From: Camelus dromedarius
Taxonomy: Eukaryota
Assembly: GCF_036321535.1 (NCBI RefSeq)
Contig: NC_087436.1
Coordinates: forward strand, 36,644,001 to 36,708,000
Direction of reading: 5' to 3'
DNA: 64,000 bases
Shown: positions 58,701 through 64,000 of the stretch, piece by piece
Numbering within the stretch: position 1 is the stretch's first letter
How the letters are laid out: every line of letters begins with the position of its first letter
Notes under the pieces: generated by a model
Databases searched by the model: none
Told to the model about the DNA's origin: nothing
What the model saw: the letters and a program-made list of their open reading frames with translations, nothing else
Translations under genes and position numbers: made by a program

Positions 58701-61700
58701 AGGCTAAATATTGGTGAAATATGAAGACTTTTCTACATCTTACTTTCTGACATAAGGGGCAGCTTAAACAATAAATACTGCACTTAATTACAGGAATACA
58801 CAACTAATAAACCCAAAGGAAAATGCATTTCTGAAGTCTTCGGAGAAAAAAAACACTAGATAAGTTTAAATCTAATATACCTAAAGCCACCATTCACTGC
58901 TCATACCAAACTCACGTATTGGCAAAGTTATCCTACAGGCTTTAAGGAAAGACCACATTTCTCTTCTTGACATGTACAATTTTAGTGATAAGAGAATATT
59001 TTGTAAAAGTAGTTGATACCATGAAGGCCGACGGTATAAATATTACTACTGACAAGTTTGTCCTAGAAAAATAAGCCAGTAAAACAACCAATACCTCAAA
59101 GCACAGTTATTCCCAAGTATATCTCTGGAATCTGGGTTCTAGGGAAATACTGATTTATAAGGAAATGTTTAGGTAAGCTGAGCTAGGAAAATCACCCACG
59201 TTAACAACAGGACATCTGAATAGTAGACCTATTTTTGCCCTGTACAACTCTGAAAAACTCATTAGTCTTATCTGGCTTTAGTTAAATCACTTGCAAAACA
59301 GAGATGTTATACTAATAAGAATGCTCAAAAAACTGAGTTGAACAAAGTAACACTGAACTTCTCTCAGAATGGCACAGGGATGAAGACAGTAAAAGATTAG
59401 CACAAGTGACAACACATTACCATCTACAATTTTGGGAACTTCTTTAGTAATAATCCATTCTCCAGGCTGCAGCAGAGACTGTCCATAATACATATCAGAC
59501 TCCGCACTCGTGCTTGAAAATGCAGAGCTACTGGAAGGTGTCAGCTCTTCAAGCTTGAAGAAATCTAGGCCGGTTACTGTGCCGCCAAAGAACCTGCAGC
59601 CACCAAGACAACCACACTTGTTCCTACACCTCTTATTCTTCAGGGTATCATCTGGCCACAAAAACCACAACCTAAACAGAATGCAAAACGAAATAGACAA
59701 AAGAATAATGTAACAAAAACTCATTAAGAAATGAGAAACTTTTGATCGGATAATCAGTTGAATTTAATTGTTAATATTTTCAAAAGACAAGTTAAACATA
59801 AATACACAGATTTATTTTTACTGGTAAGTATCTTTTCAATTATTCTGCCTTTCTAAAACAAGCAAACAAAAAAAAGTCTCACCACAGTGAGATGAAAATA
59901 AGTAGGAACGATAATAAGAGATAAAACATACTAAAGAAAAAAAAAGCTAAAAAAAATAAAAATTAAACATTTAAATCCAGTTTAAAAACAGCAGTAAACA
60001 TTCTCAAAAGAACAAAAAATTTAAATATTAATCTAAAAAATATACCAAACTATAAGTATACATTATGCTTAATAGATAATTTATTATATTTAACACTTCA
60101 GAGCCTATTTTATATGGTAAATTTAGTACACCAAAATATTATAAATATGGGGCAAGAAAGATATTTCTTAAATAAAATAAAAATAATGCACCATTCTATA
60201 TTTTAGAGAAAAAAATTGTAGTAATCATGTAATAAGGACTCTGAATGAACTATTAAGAATTTAGACAATAAAAGTAAATGTCTATAAAAATGCTTCAGGT
60301 TCTGTAAGTGACCCACACACAAAACCATCAGCATTTATTTTAACTCCCTGCTTTTCTTAAAAAATATTATTTAATACAAATCTGGGAAATATATATTCCT
60401 TTTTTTACATTAAATAATAAAACTTCATATTAATAGTCCATTTTTCTAAGCATTTTCACATGCATCGTCTCACTAGAAAGACAGAATAGGTATTATCAGT
60501 TTCATTTTACATTCATTCATTTATATTTCTTGAACATATCTATTAGGGACTTTGTATTGTGCCAGGCAAAACTGATATAGGCCTATCCATATCAAGTTTA
60601 CAGACAGAGGCAAAGACAGGCCACCAACAAGAATATATGAACATAAATAACAGTAAGTGCTCTGAGGAAAAGAACAGGGCATTGTGACAAAGAAAACAGG
60701 GGCAATCTTTCAAAAAATATATGACATGTGAAAGATGAGATGGAATGACTATATCAAATTCAAAGTGAAGGAATAAATATATGACGTTAGAAGAGGAACG
60801 TCAGTCTAGATAACACAGAAGGAAAAATATGTGTAACATACGTAAAGCACCTGATGCAAAATCTGGAATACAGAAGCTGCACAACAAATGGAGGCTCCCG
60901 TCCCCTATCTTCATATAAACCAGTGCCCTAGCCCTCAAATTTCAGCTTGCATTAGAATTACCTGGAGGGCTCATTAAAATACAGAGAGCTGGGCTCCACC
61001 TCCAGAGTTACTGACCGAGGTCTGGGAAGGCCTGATTATCAACAAGATCCAAGGAGATGTTGGTGCTGGTGGTTTGGGAACTATGCTCTTCAGAAACACT
61101 GATCTAATGAAACTAATGGTCTATGAGTCTAGTAACTTTTCCAGTTATTTCATAAGTGAAAATACCTACTCCCCAAAACTTCTGGGAATCAAACATGCAC
61201 TAAGGCAGCCAAAGCTGAAGATCAATGAACTACCGTGTAGGGAGAGGCAATTCACTGTGGGCCCTAAACACCCCTACCCATTCTTGCTAGATATGCCAAG
61301 AATGCAAGGCTCTGACCAGGCCATTTCTCAGGGTTGTGCAGATAGTGAGCAACCTTAAAGGATGAGGTAGTGTCTTATCCTGGAAAAGAGCAGGCTTGCT
61401 TCCACTTACTACAACAGTGGTAGAATCCCTAAGTTGAGTGTTTCTCTTTTGTAATGCATCCCAAAGTATGCAAACATCTATCATGGGTCTTCTGTCACCC
61501 CCATGGGACTCAGGGATAGGGGTACCAGGTTTACCAAATAAAAATAAGCTTGTCCTATGCAGTATTTGGGACATACCTAGACTAAAAACTTATTTGTTGT
61601 TGGTTTTTAAAAAATATTTATTTATTATTGTATTATGTAACTATTTTTATTTTGGCAAGGTGGGGGGGGGTAGGTAATTAGGTTTATTTATTTTTTCAGA

Positions 61701-63813
61701 GCAGGTACCAGGGATTGAACCCACCACCTCGTGTATGCTAACCATGCATTCTACCACTTGAGTTATACCCTCCCCCATACTTGTTGTTTATTTGAAGTTC
61801 AATTTTATCTGGGCATCCTGTATTTTATCTGGCAATACTACTTGGAGGGCACAGGGAACCACTGCAAACCCATATGACTCTGGCCAGTGCTTTTGCAGTG
61901 AGTAATAGTCCTCTGTCTCTTACCAGGTTTCTAATGCCTTCTGCCAGCACTCATGAAACTGCAGGCTAATTTTTTGGCTTGTAGTAGGATGAAATCTCAA
62001 ACCCTTCACAATTCTTAACAAACCAGAGCACTGAAACCAACCTAAACGAGGCAACTGGAACCACTTAAATCACATGGAGCCACCTCCTTAGCTTCACTAG
62101 CACTTTGCTCCACCACCTGATCTATCAGAACAGGCACTCTGTTCATACTAACAGCTTTCAGGGCAAACAAAGAAACCAAAGTTGTTTTAAACAATATTCT
62201 CCACAAATGAACTTCGGCAACTTTTTAAAAAGCAGATATAATCATTTCTTAAGGACCATTTCTTAAGCTTTAGGTACTTTTACTCTTCTCTGCAGTTGTG
62301 AAGGCCTACAAAAGAAGTACCATAGAAGAAGTGGTGATTAGCAATGGTGTTTTCTACGAATGACAAATTGGAAGAGGAGAGCTGTGGTGAGAGAGAAAGG
62401 GTGTAATGCTTTACAAAATGTTACTTGAGGACCAGTAATTTAAATTTGTTTCACTGTTAACATACACAGCATGGCTTAGGAACACATCAAAAAATAATGT
62501 TATATCCAGCAACCACACCATCAACAGAGATGACATATACAATGTAATTACTTAAATATCAGGCCCTTAAATAGTCATTGAGATGTACCCAGCACAATCA
62601 TATTAGGTCTTTAAGATGTTCTTATTCCATTCCTAACAGTAGAATTTCCTCTGCAATTATCTAATAATTTTTATCTAGACTTGAGACTATTACCATTCTT
62701 AAATTTCACTTACCTCTTAGTTCTGGTATCATGAGTTTCTAAGAATTGTCTTTGTGCCTCATGCTTAGAATGATGATCAGCAGCTAACGCAATATCAACA
62801 GTAATGAGTCCTAAATTGGCTGACCCAGCTTCAAGCCAGTAGGCCCTCCGCAGCACTGCAGGCTGAAGTCCAACTCTGGAATTGTTCAATTGCTCAATGT
62901 ACTGTCTCACTTGAAAATCCTGAATTGCAGCACTTATTCCTTCTCCAACTGACTGATTGTGGAGATTACAGTTTGCAACCCGAATTGCACCCATCTAAAG
63001 GTGAATGAAGACAATGAAAAAAAAGAACTGAAGTTTCTGTATTTTTAAGCAACTTACAATAGACTACAGAATTGGTAATTATTTCAAATTGCATGAAAAA
63101 CAGAAGAAGAAAAGGGAAAGGAAAAAAACAGAATGGGGAAATAGAAGAGGTAAATGTAACAGAATAAAGATAAACAATCAATTAAAAAAAAAGGATAAAA
63201 AAAAAAAAAGAACACAAAGCCAAAGAAAAATCAGGGAAGAAAGAAAAGCTAGAAGGCTAGTTAAGTAATGAAATCACAGAATCTTAACAAGACTCAATTT
63301 TAAACAGTAACCCTTAAAGCAGAAGTGGCAAACAAATGTTTTCAGGAGACAGATAGGAAATATAAATGCATAAAACCTAAAGGCATTCAAATCGAATTTT
63401 TAAAAATTTACCAATTTACATTCCTGCCATAAAAGCAACCTACTAGTGTATGTCCCTGCCATAAAACAAGGTTATAATAATTCAGTTAAAGTAAAAAAGT
63501 AGTAAAGTATGCCATAAAAAAATAAGACTGGAAGAGAACATGGATGAGTAAAAAATAAAGTTATCCCCTGGAATTTTGTAGTATTCTGTGAGATGGTAAA
63601 CTATAAATAGGTGTTTTATTTCAAGAAATGGAGGTTTGGTTTGGTAAAAAGGAAAAAGAATTAACACTGGTCAAGAAATAGGCAAATATGTACCTTTATA
63701 TTTGTAGCACAGCCATGCTCCACAATATAAATATCAGCTCCATCTACTGCTAAACGAGTCATAGTATATTTCAGATCATCTGAAGTTGGACAAGGCCCAG
63801 GAATACAACTCAG
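1594..63813 (-). CDS. BLTP1: BLTP1/KIAA1109, internal part: 35 coding exons, 7330 nt, no start or stop in window
   Basis: Exon translations match the KIAA1109 protein as I recall it (e.g. [60 protein letters not shown]). All exons are bounded by AG/GT and every junction phase is consistent. Confidence 0.97.
2881..3092 (-). CDS. BLTP1: BLTP1 exon 34/35 (212 nt, AVLFWLNYK...TNTAQ)
   Basis: caaaag|CT...CAG|gtatga; phase 1/0. Confidence 0.95.
3323..3750 (-). mobile_element. LINE-2 3' fragment
   Basis: cattcatttattcaacaaat...gaccttatggagcttattc; boundaries approximate. Confidence 0.6.
4650..4818 (-). CDS. BLTP1: BLTP1 exon 33/35 (169 nt, [10 protein letters not shown]...VAFDR)
   Basis: tttcag|GTT...G|gtaaga; phase 0/1. 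Confidence 0.95.
5802..5987 (-). CDS. BLTP1: BLTP1 exon 32/35 (186 nt, [11 protein letters not shown]...IVKHQ)
   Basis: gctag|GGT...CAA|gtgagt; phase 0/0. Confidence 0.95.
6703..6800 (-). CDS. BLTP1: BLTP1 exon 31/35 (98 nt, [12 protein letters not shown]...NLQFK)
   Basis: tttcag|GT...AAG|gtaaca; phase 1/0. Confidence 0.94.
7311..8520 (-). pseudogene. Processed pseudogene (retrocopy) of an unidentified gene
   Basis: Poly(T) at 7311-7323 (polyA on minus); ATTAAA at 7345-7340; 14-bp TSD ctaaagttcctatt at 7299-7312 and 8521-8534; GC/CpG-rich 5' end at about 8210-8520; disabled frame ...[14 protein letters not shown]...[28 protein letters not shown]. Confidence 0.9.
8785..10835 (+). mobile_element. 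Old LINE-1 fragment (ORF2 remnants plus L1MC-like 3' end), internally deleted
   Basis: Typical ORF2 motifs (atgatcatatcaaaagatgcagaaaaagc, caactgatctttgacaaagg, ccatatgacccagcaatc) and a 3' end ...aattttgccacaaacctaaaactgc. Confidence 0.85.
13223..13328 (-). CDS. BLTP1: BLTP1 exon 30/35 (106 nt, [11 protein letters not shown]...IQKVS)
   Basis: tggcag|GTT...G|gtaaga; phase 0/1. Confidence 0.94.
15286..15319. repeat. (TA/TG)n(CA)n microsatellite
   Basis: Read directly from the sequence. Confidence 0.8.
15459..15703 (-). CDS. BLTP1: BLTP1 exon 29/35 (245 nt, [11 protein letters not shown]...RCVAE)
   Basis: ttacag|GT...GAA|gtaagt; phase 1/0. Confidence 0.95.
17315..17379. repeat. (TA/TATG)n low-complexity repeat
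   Basis: Read directly from the sequence. Confidence 0.75.
17390..19650 (+). mobile_element. Highly diverged LINE-1 (L1M/L1ME-like) fragment
   Basis: Degenerate ORF2 motifs (atggatgcagaaaaa, aaacctacagcaaatac, aaaactacaatgagacacc) and an A-rich 3' region. Confidence 0.8.
20068..20306 (-). CDS. BLTP1: BLTP1 exon 28/35 (239 nt, [10 protein letters not shown]...SHGMT)
   Basis: ttatag|C...G|gtagcg; phase 2/1. Confidence 0.95.
20728..20930 (-). mobile_element. MIR SINE
   Basis: gtgcttactatgtgccaggtactg...ccattttataaatgaggaag. Confidence 0.75.
21771..21977 (-). CDS. BLTP1: BLTP1 exon 27/35 (207 nt, [11 protein letters not shown]...QPSTA)
   Basis: gctag|A...GC|gtaagt; phase 2/2. Confidence 0.95.
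25447..25497 (-). CDS. BLTP1: BLTP1 exon 26/35 (51 nt symmetric exon, [17 protein letters not shown])
   Basis: ctgtag|A...CT|gtatgt; phase 2/2; skippable without frameshift. Confidence 0.88.
26040..26230 (+). mobile_element. MIR SINE
   Basis: tctgaatctcaatttattgctttgtaaagtggagataaaa...gtgttgaggattta. Confidence 0.65.
27372..27465 (-). CDS. BLTP1: BLTP1 exon 25/35 (94 nt, [11 protein letters not shown]...TPNIQ)
   Basis: tttaag|AT...CA|gtaagt; phase 1/2. Confidence 0.93.
27969..28214 (-). CDS. BLTP1: BLTP1 exon 24/35 (246 nt, [11 protein letters not shown]...KEKMK)
   Basis: acaaag|GA...G|gtagga; phase 1/1. Confidence 0.94.
28650..29356 (-). CDS. BLTP1: BLTP1 exon 23/35 (707 nt, [11 protein letters not shown]...TFGPA)
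   Basis: ttttag|G...G|gtaatg; phase 2/1. Confidence 0.96.
29670..29845 (-). CDS. BLTP1: BLTP1 exon 22/35 (176 nt, [11 protein letters not shown]...KRARR)
   Basis: ttttag|GTT...AG|gtatct; phase 0/2. Confidence 0.93.
32551..32726 (-). CDS. BLTP1: BLTP1 exon 21/35 (176 nt, [10 protein letters not shown]...LADAQ)
   Basis: tgtcag|GT...CAG|gtgagc; phase 1/0. Confidence 0.94.
34338..34496 (-). CDS. BLTP1: BLTP1 exon 20/35 (159 nt, [12 protein letters not shown]...NSLPT)
   Basis: tttcag|GA...G|gtattg; phase 1/1. Confidence 0.93.
34928..35147 (-). CDS. BLTP1: BLTP1 exon 19/35 (220 nt, [10 protein letters not shown]...SLTRT)
   Basis: ttgtag|GGC...G|gtatat; phase 0/1. Confidence 0.94.
35664..36748 (+). 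mobile_element. Relatively young 5'-truncated LINE-1 (artiodactyl/camelid type)
   Basis: ORF2 C-terminal peptides (ISRIYKQL...[26 protein letters not shown]...[15 protein letters not shown]), 3' UTR, aataaa plus A-tail, and agactatgc on both flanks. Confidence 0.92.
36751..36812. repeat. Compound microsatellite (AAAG)n(AG)n(ACAG)n at the L1 tail
   Basis: Read directly from the sequence. Confidence 0.85.
37080..38000 (-). mobile_element. Old LINE-1 3' fragment (L1ME-like)
   Basis: Motifs gttgtttccattattttcctattacaaatgatg and ttgccaaactgttcttcaaag are typical of antisense L1 3' ends. Confidence 0.65.
38090..38340 (-). mobile_element. MIR SINE
   Basis: aatgcctactatgtaccagg...tttccattttaacatacgagaaaactg...aaaccaaggcagtctg. 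Confidence 0.75.
38765..38907 (-). CDS. BLTP1: BLTP1 exon 18/35 (143 nt, [12 protein letters not shown]...ALKIK)
   Basis: tttcag|CC...AAG|gtacat; phase 1/0. Confidence 0.93.
39916..40156 (-). CDS. BLTP1: BLTP1 exon 17/35 (241 nt, [12 protein letters not shown]...EFDA)
   Basis: catag|AGT...G|gtaact; phase 0/1. Confidence 0.95.
41380..41730 (+). mobile_element. LINE-2 fragment
   Basis: cttgaaattctttatatccttggcttccaagacc...tcctacctctc; boundaries approximate. Confidence 0.55.
41804..41956 (-). CDS. BLTP1: BLTP1 exon 16/35 (153 nt, [11 protein letters not shown]...DDATM)
   Basis: tttcag|AAT...ATG|gtgagt; phase 0/0. Confidence 0.94.
42129..42279 (-). CDS. BLTP1: BLTP1 exon 15/35 (151 nt, [10 protein letters not shown]...TEALE)
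   Basis: ttaaag|G...GAG|gtatgt; phase 2/0. Confidence 0.93.
42700..42851 (-). CDS. BLTP1: BLTP1 exon 14/35 (152 nt, [11 protein letters not shown]...HSFSR)
   Basis: tatag|GAT...AG|gtaaaa; phase 0/2. Confidence 0.93.
43743..44386. mobile_element. TcMar-Tigger MITE (MER46-like) interrupted by an L1 insertion
   Basis: Starts gtccacattcccttatctgcaattc; the complementary terminus is aagggctgtgagc; family assignment from recall. Confidence 0.55.
43977..44303 (-). mobile_element. Short LINE-1 3' UTR with 5' inversion (twin priming)
   Basis: Minus-strand piece at about 43985-44172 and plus-strand piece at 44173-44303 are adjacent in the L1 3' UTR; near-TSD catattt(g/c)ctt on both sides. Confidence 0.8.
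45919..46130 (-). CDS. BLTP1: BLTP1 exon 13/35 (212 nt, [10 protein letters not shown]...VSDEQ)
   Basis: ttatag|GA...CAA|gttggt; phase 1/0. Confidence 0.92.
46822..47019 (-). CDS. BLTP1: BLTP1 exon 12/35 (198 nt, [12 protein letters not shown]...NLTIK)
   Basis: aatag|AT...G|gtaagc; phase 1/1. Confidence 0.93.
49286..49485 (-). CDS. BLTP1: BLTP1 exon 11/35 (200 nt, GVVEETSNN...GLDTT)
   Basis: ataaag|A...G|gtaaga; phase 2/1. Confidence 0.94.
49818..49945 (-). CDS. BLTP1: BLTP1 exon 10/35 (128 nt, [10 protein letters not shown]...VRMNR)
   Basis: gctag|GTG...AG|gtaaga; phase 0/2. Confidence 0.93.
50340..50486 (-). CDS. BLTP1: BLTP1 exon 9/35 (147 nt, LSSKQDVRG...VSIPK)
   Basis: ttttag|CTA...AAG|gtaaca; phase 0/0. 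Confidence 0.93.
51518..51638 (-). CDS. BLTP1: BLTP1 exon 8/35 (121 nt, YIEAMVHC...TFSEN)
   Basis: cccacag|G...AAT|gtaaga; phase 2/0. Confidence 0.94.
52136..52309 (-). CDS. BLTP1: BLTP1 exon 7/35 (174 nt, TPYTPLDKK...EALDR)
   Basis: tatag|T...AG|gtatta; phase 2/2. Confidence 0.94.
52849..52919 (-). CDS. BLTP1: BLTP1 exon 6/35 (71 nt, [23 protein letters not shown])
   Basis: ttctag|GTT...AA|gtaagt; phase 0/2. Confidence 0.93.
53325..53916 (-). mobile_element. 5'-truncated LINE-1 3' end, same family as 35664-36748
   Basis: Reverse complement matches the 36200-36745 3' end ([29 protein letters not shown]); T-rich tail on the left. Confidence 0.9.
54553..55390 (-). CDS. BLTP1: BLTP1 exon 5/35 (838 nt, [10 protein letters not shown]...VPTFK)
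   Basis: ttttag|C...AAG|gtatga; phase 2/0; Ser-rich, likely disordered segment. Confidence 0.96.
55760..56290 (-). mobile_element. LINE-2 fragment
   Basis: atgttgagtttgaggtctccatgaaacatcca...agaaggaatagacaaggagatgggaag; boundaries approximate. Confidence 0.55.
56573..56831 (-). CDS. BLTP1: BLTP1 exon 4/35 (259 nt, [10 protein letters not shown]...DDGQVS)
   Basis: tttag|GT...AAG|gtcagt; this donor is required for phase 1/2 continuity. Confidence 0.9.
57040..57480 (-). mobile_element. Old LINE-1 3' fragment (L1MC-like)
   Basis: Motif ttttgaaccatctaagagtaatttgcagacatcatggcc; recall-based. Confidence 0.5.
59421..59671 (-). CDS. BLTP1: BLTP1 exon 3/35 (251 nt, LWFLWPDD...PKIVD)
   Basis: tttag|G...G|gtaatg; phase 2/1. 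Confidence 0.95.
60920..61101. mobile_element. MER5A-like hAT-Charlie MITE
   Basis: cagtg...gcattagaattacctggagggctcattaaaatacagagagctgggctccacctccagag...agaaacactg. Confidence 0.75.
61517..61840. mobile_element. MER53-like palindromic MITE, interrupted by a SINE
   Basis: Imperfect inverted termini taggggtaccaggtttaccaaataaaaata / tgtattttatctggcaatacta. Confidence 0.7.
61602..61776 (-). mobile_element. Camelid Vic-1-type tRNA-derived SINE
   Basis: Minus strand reads GGGGGAGGGTATAACTCAAGTGGTAGAATGCATG...GGTTCAATCCCTGGTACC (A and B boxes), then AAATAAATAAACCTAATTACC and an A-rich tail; near-TSD ta(t/c)ttgttgtt. Confidence 0.85.
62714..62994 (-). CDS. BLTP1: BLTP1 exon 2/35 (281 nt, MGAIRVANC...RTKR)
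   Basis: ctttag|ATG...AG|gtaagt; phase 0/2. Confidence 0.95.
63694..63813 (-). CDS. BLTP1: BLTP1 exon 1/35 (120 nt, [16 protein letters not shown]...ATNIK)
   Basis: ttttag|CTG...AAG|gtacat; phase 0/0; not in the ORF track, translated by hand. Confidence 0.92.
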
Positions 63814-64000
63814 CTAAAATGAAAAGGCACTGAACATTTAATTCTTCATCATCTATTCATTATTTTGATACTAAAATCTGCTTATTTAAATAAACAAAAT
63901 TCTGCATACATGTGTACTTTAAAATATCACTCAATTAAATTTCACTTTTTTATAATGATAAAGGATATACATCTATAATTATATATATATTTAATGATGA

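Larger units (their letters stand above)
61236..62020 (-). mobile_element. Solo LTR (MER77/MER21-like), interrupted
   Basis: tgtag...aca termini; right end is the reverse complement of tgttaagaattgtgaagggtttgagattt. Confidence 0.65.

Noticed and set aside
61700..61776. tRNA-like sequence with A and B boxes
   Set aside because: It is the head of a SINE with tail and TSD, not a tRNA gene.

Overview
AT-rich mammalian genomic DNA, most likely a camelid (a Vic-1-type SINE and artiodactyl-type L1 3' ends). The whole window lies inside one minus-strand gene, BLTP1 (KIAA1109; bridge-like lipid transfer protein 1). I resolved 35 consecutive GT-AG coding exons from 63813 down to 1594. They join in phase into one uninterrupted frame of 7330 nt (about 2443 codons); the start and stop lie outside the window. 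Exon numbers are local to this window. Introns hold L1, L2, MIR, DNA-transposon and LTR relics and a 1.2-kb processed retrocopy with a 14-bp TSD and a CpG-rich 5' end. The most interesting signals are unannotated, phase-compatible candidate exons of BLTP1: (1) a possible alternative terminal exon (276-661) adding 128 aa with two hydrophobic segments, i.e. a shortened lipid bridge with a new C-terminal membrane anchor; (2) a 25-nt microexon that could be mutually exclusive with a 220-nt exon; (3) a 45-nt in-frame cassette; (4) a 35-nt poison-exon candidate. A competing 5' splice site and several informative insertion structures are also noted. All alternative-exon calls are sequence-based hypotheses needing RNA and conservation data; repeat family names are from recall, not a database search.
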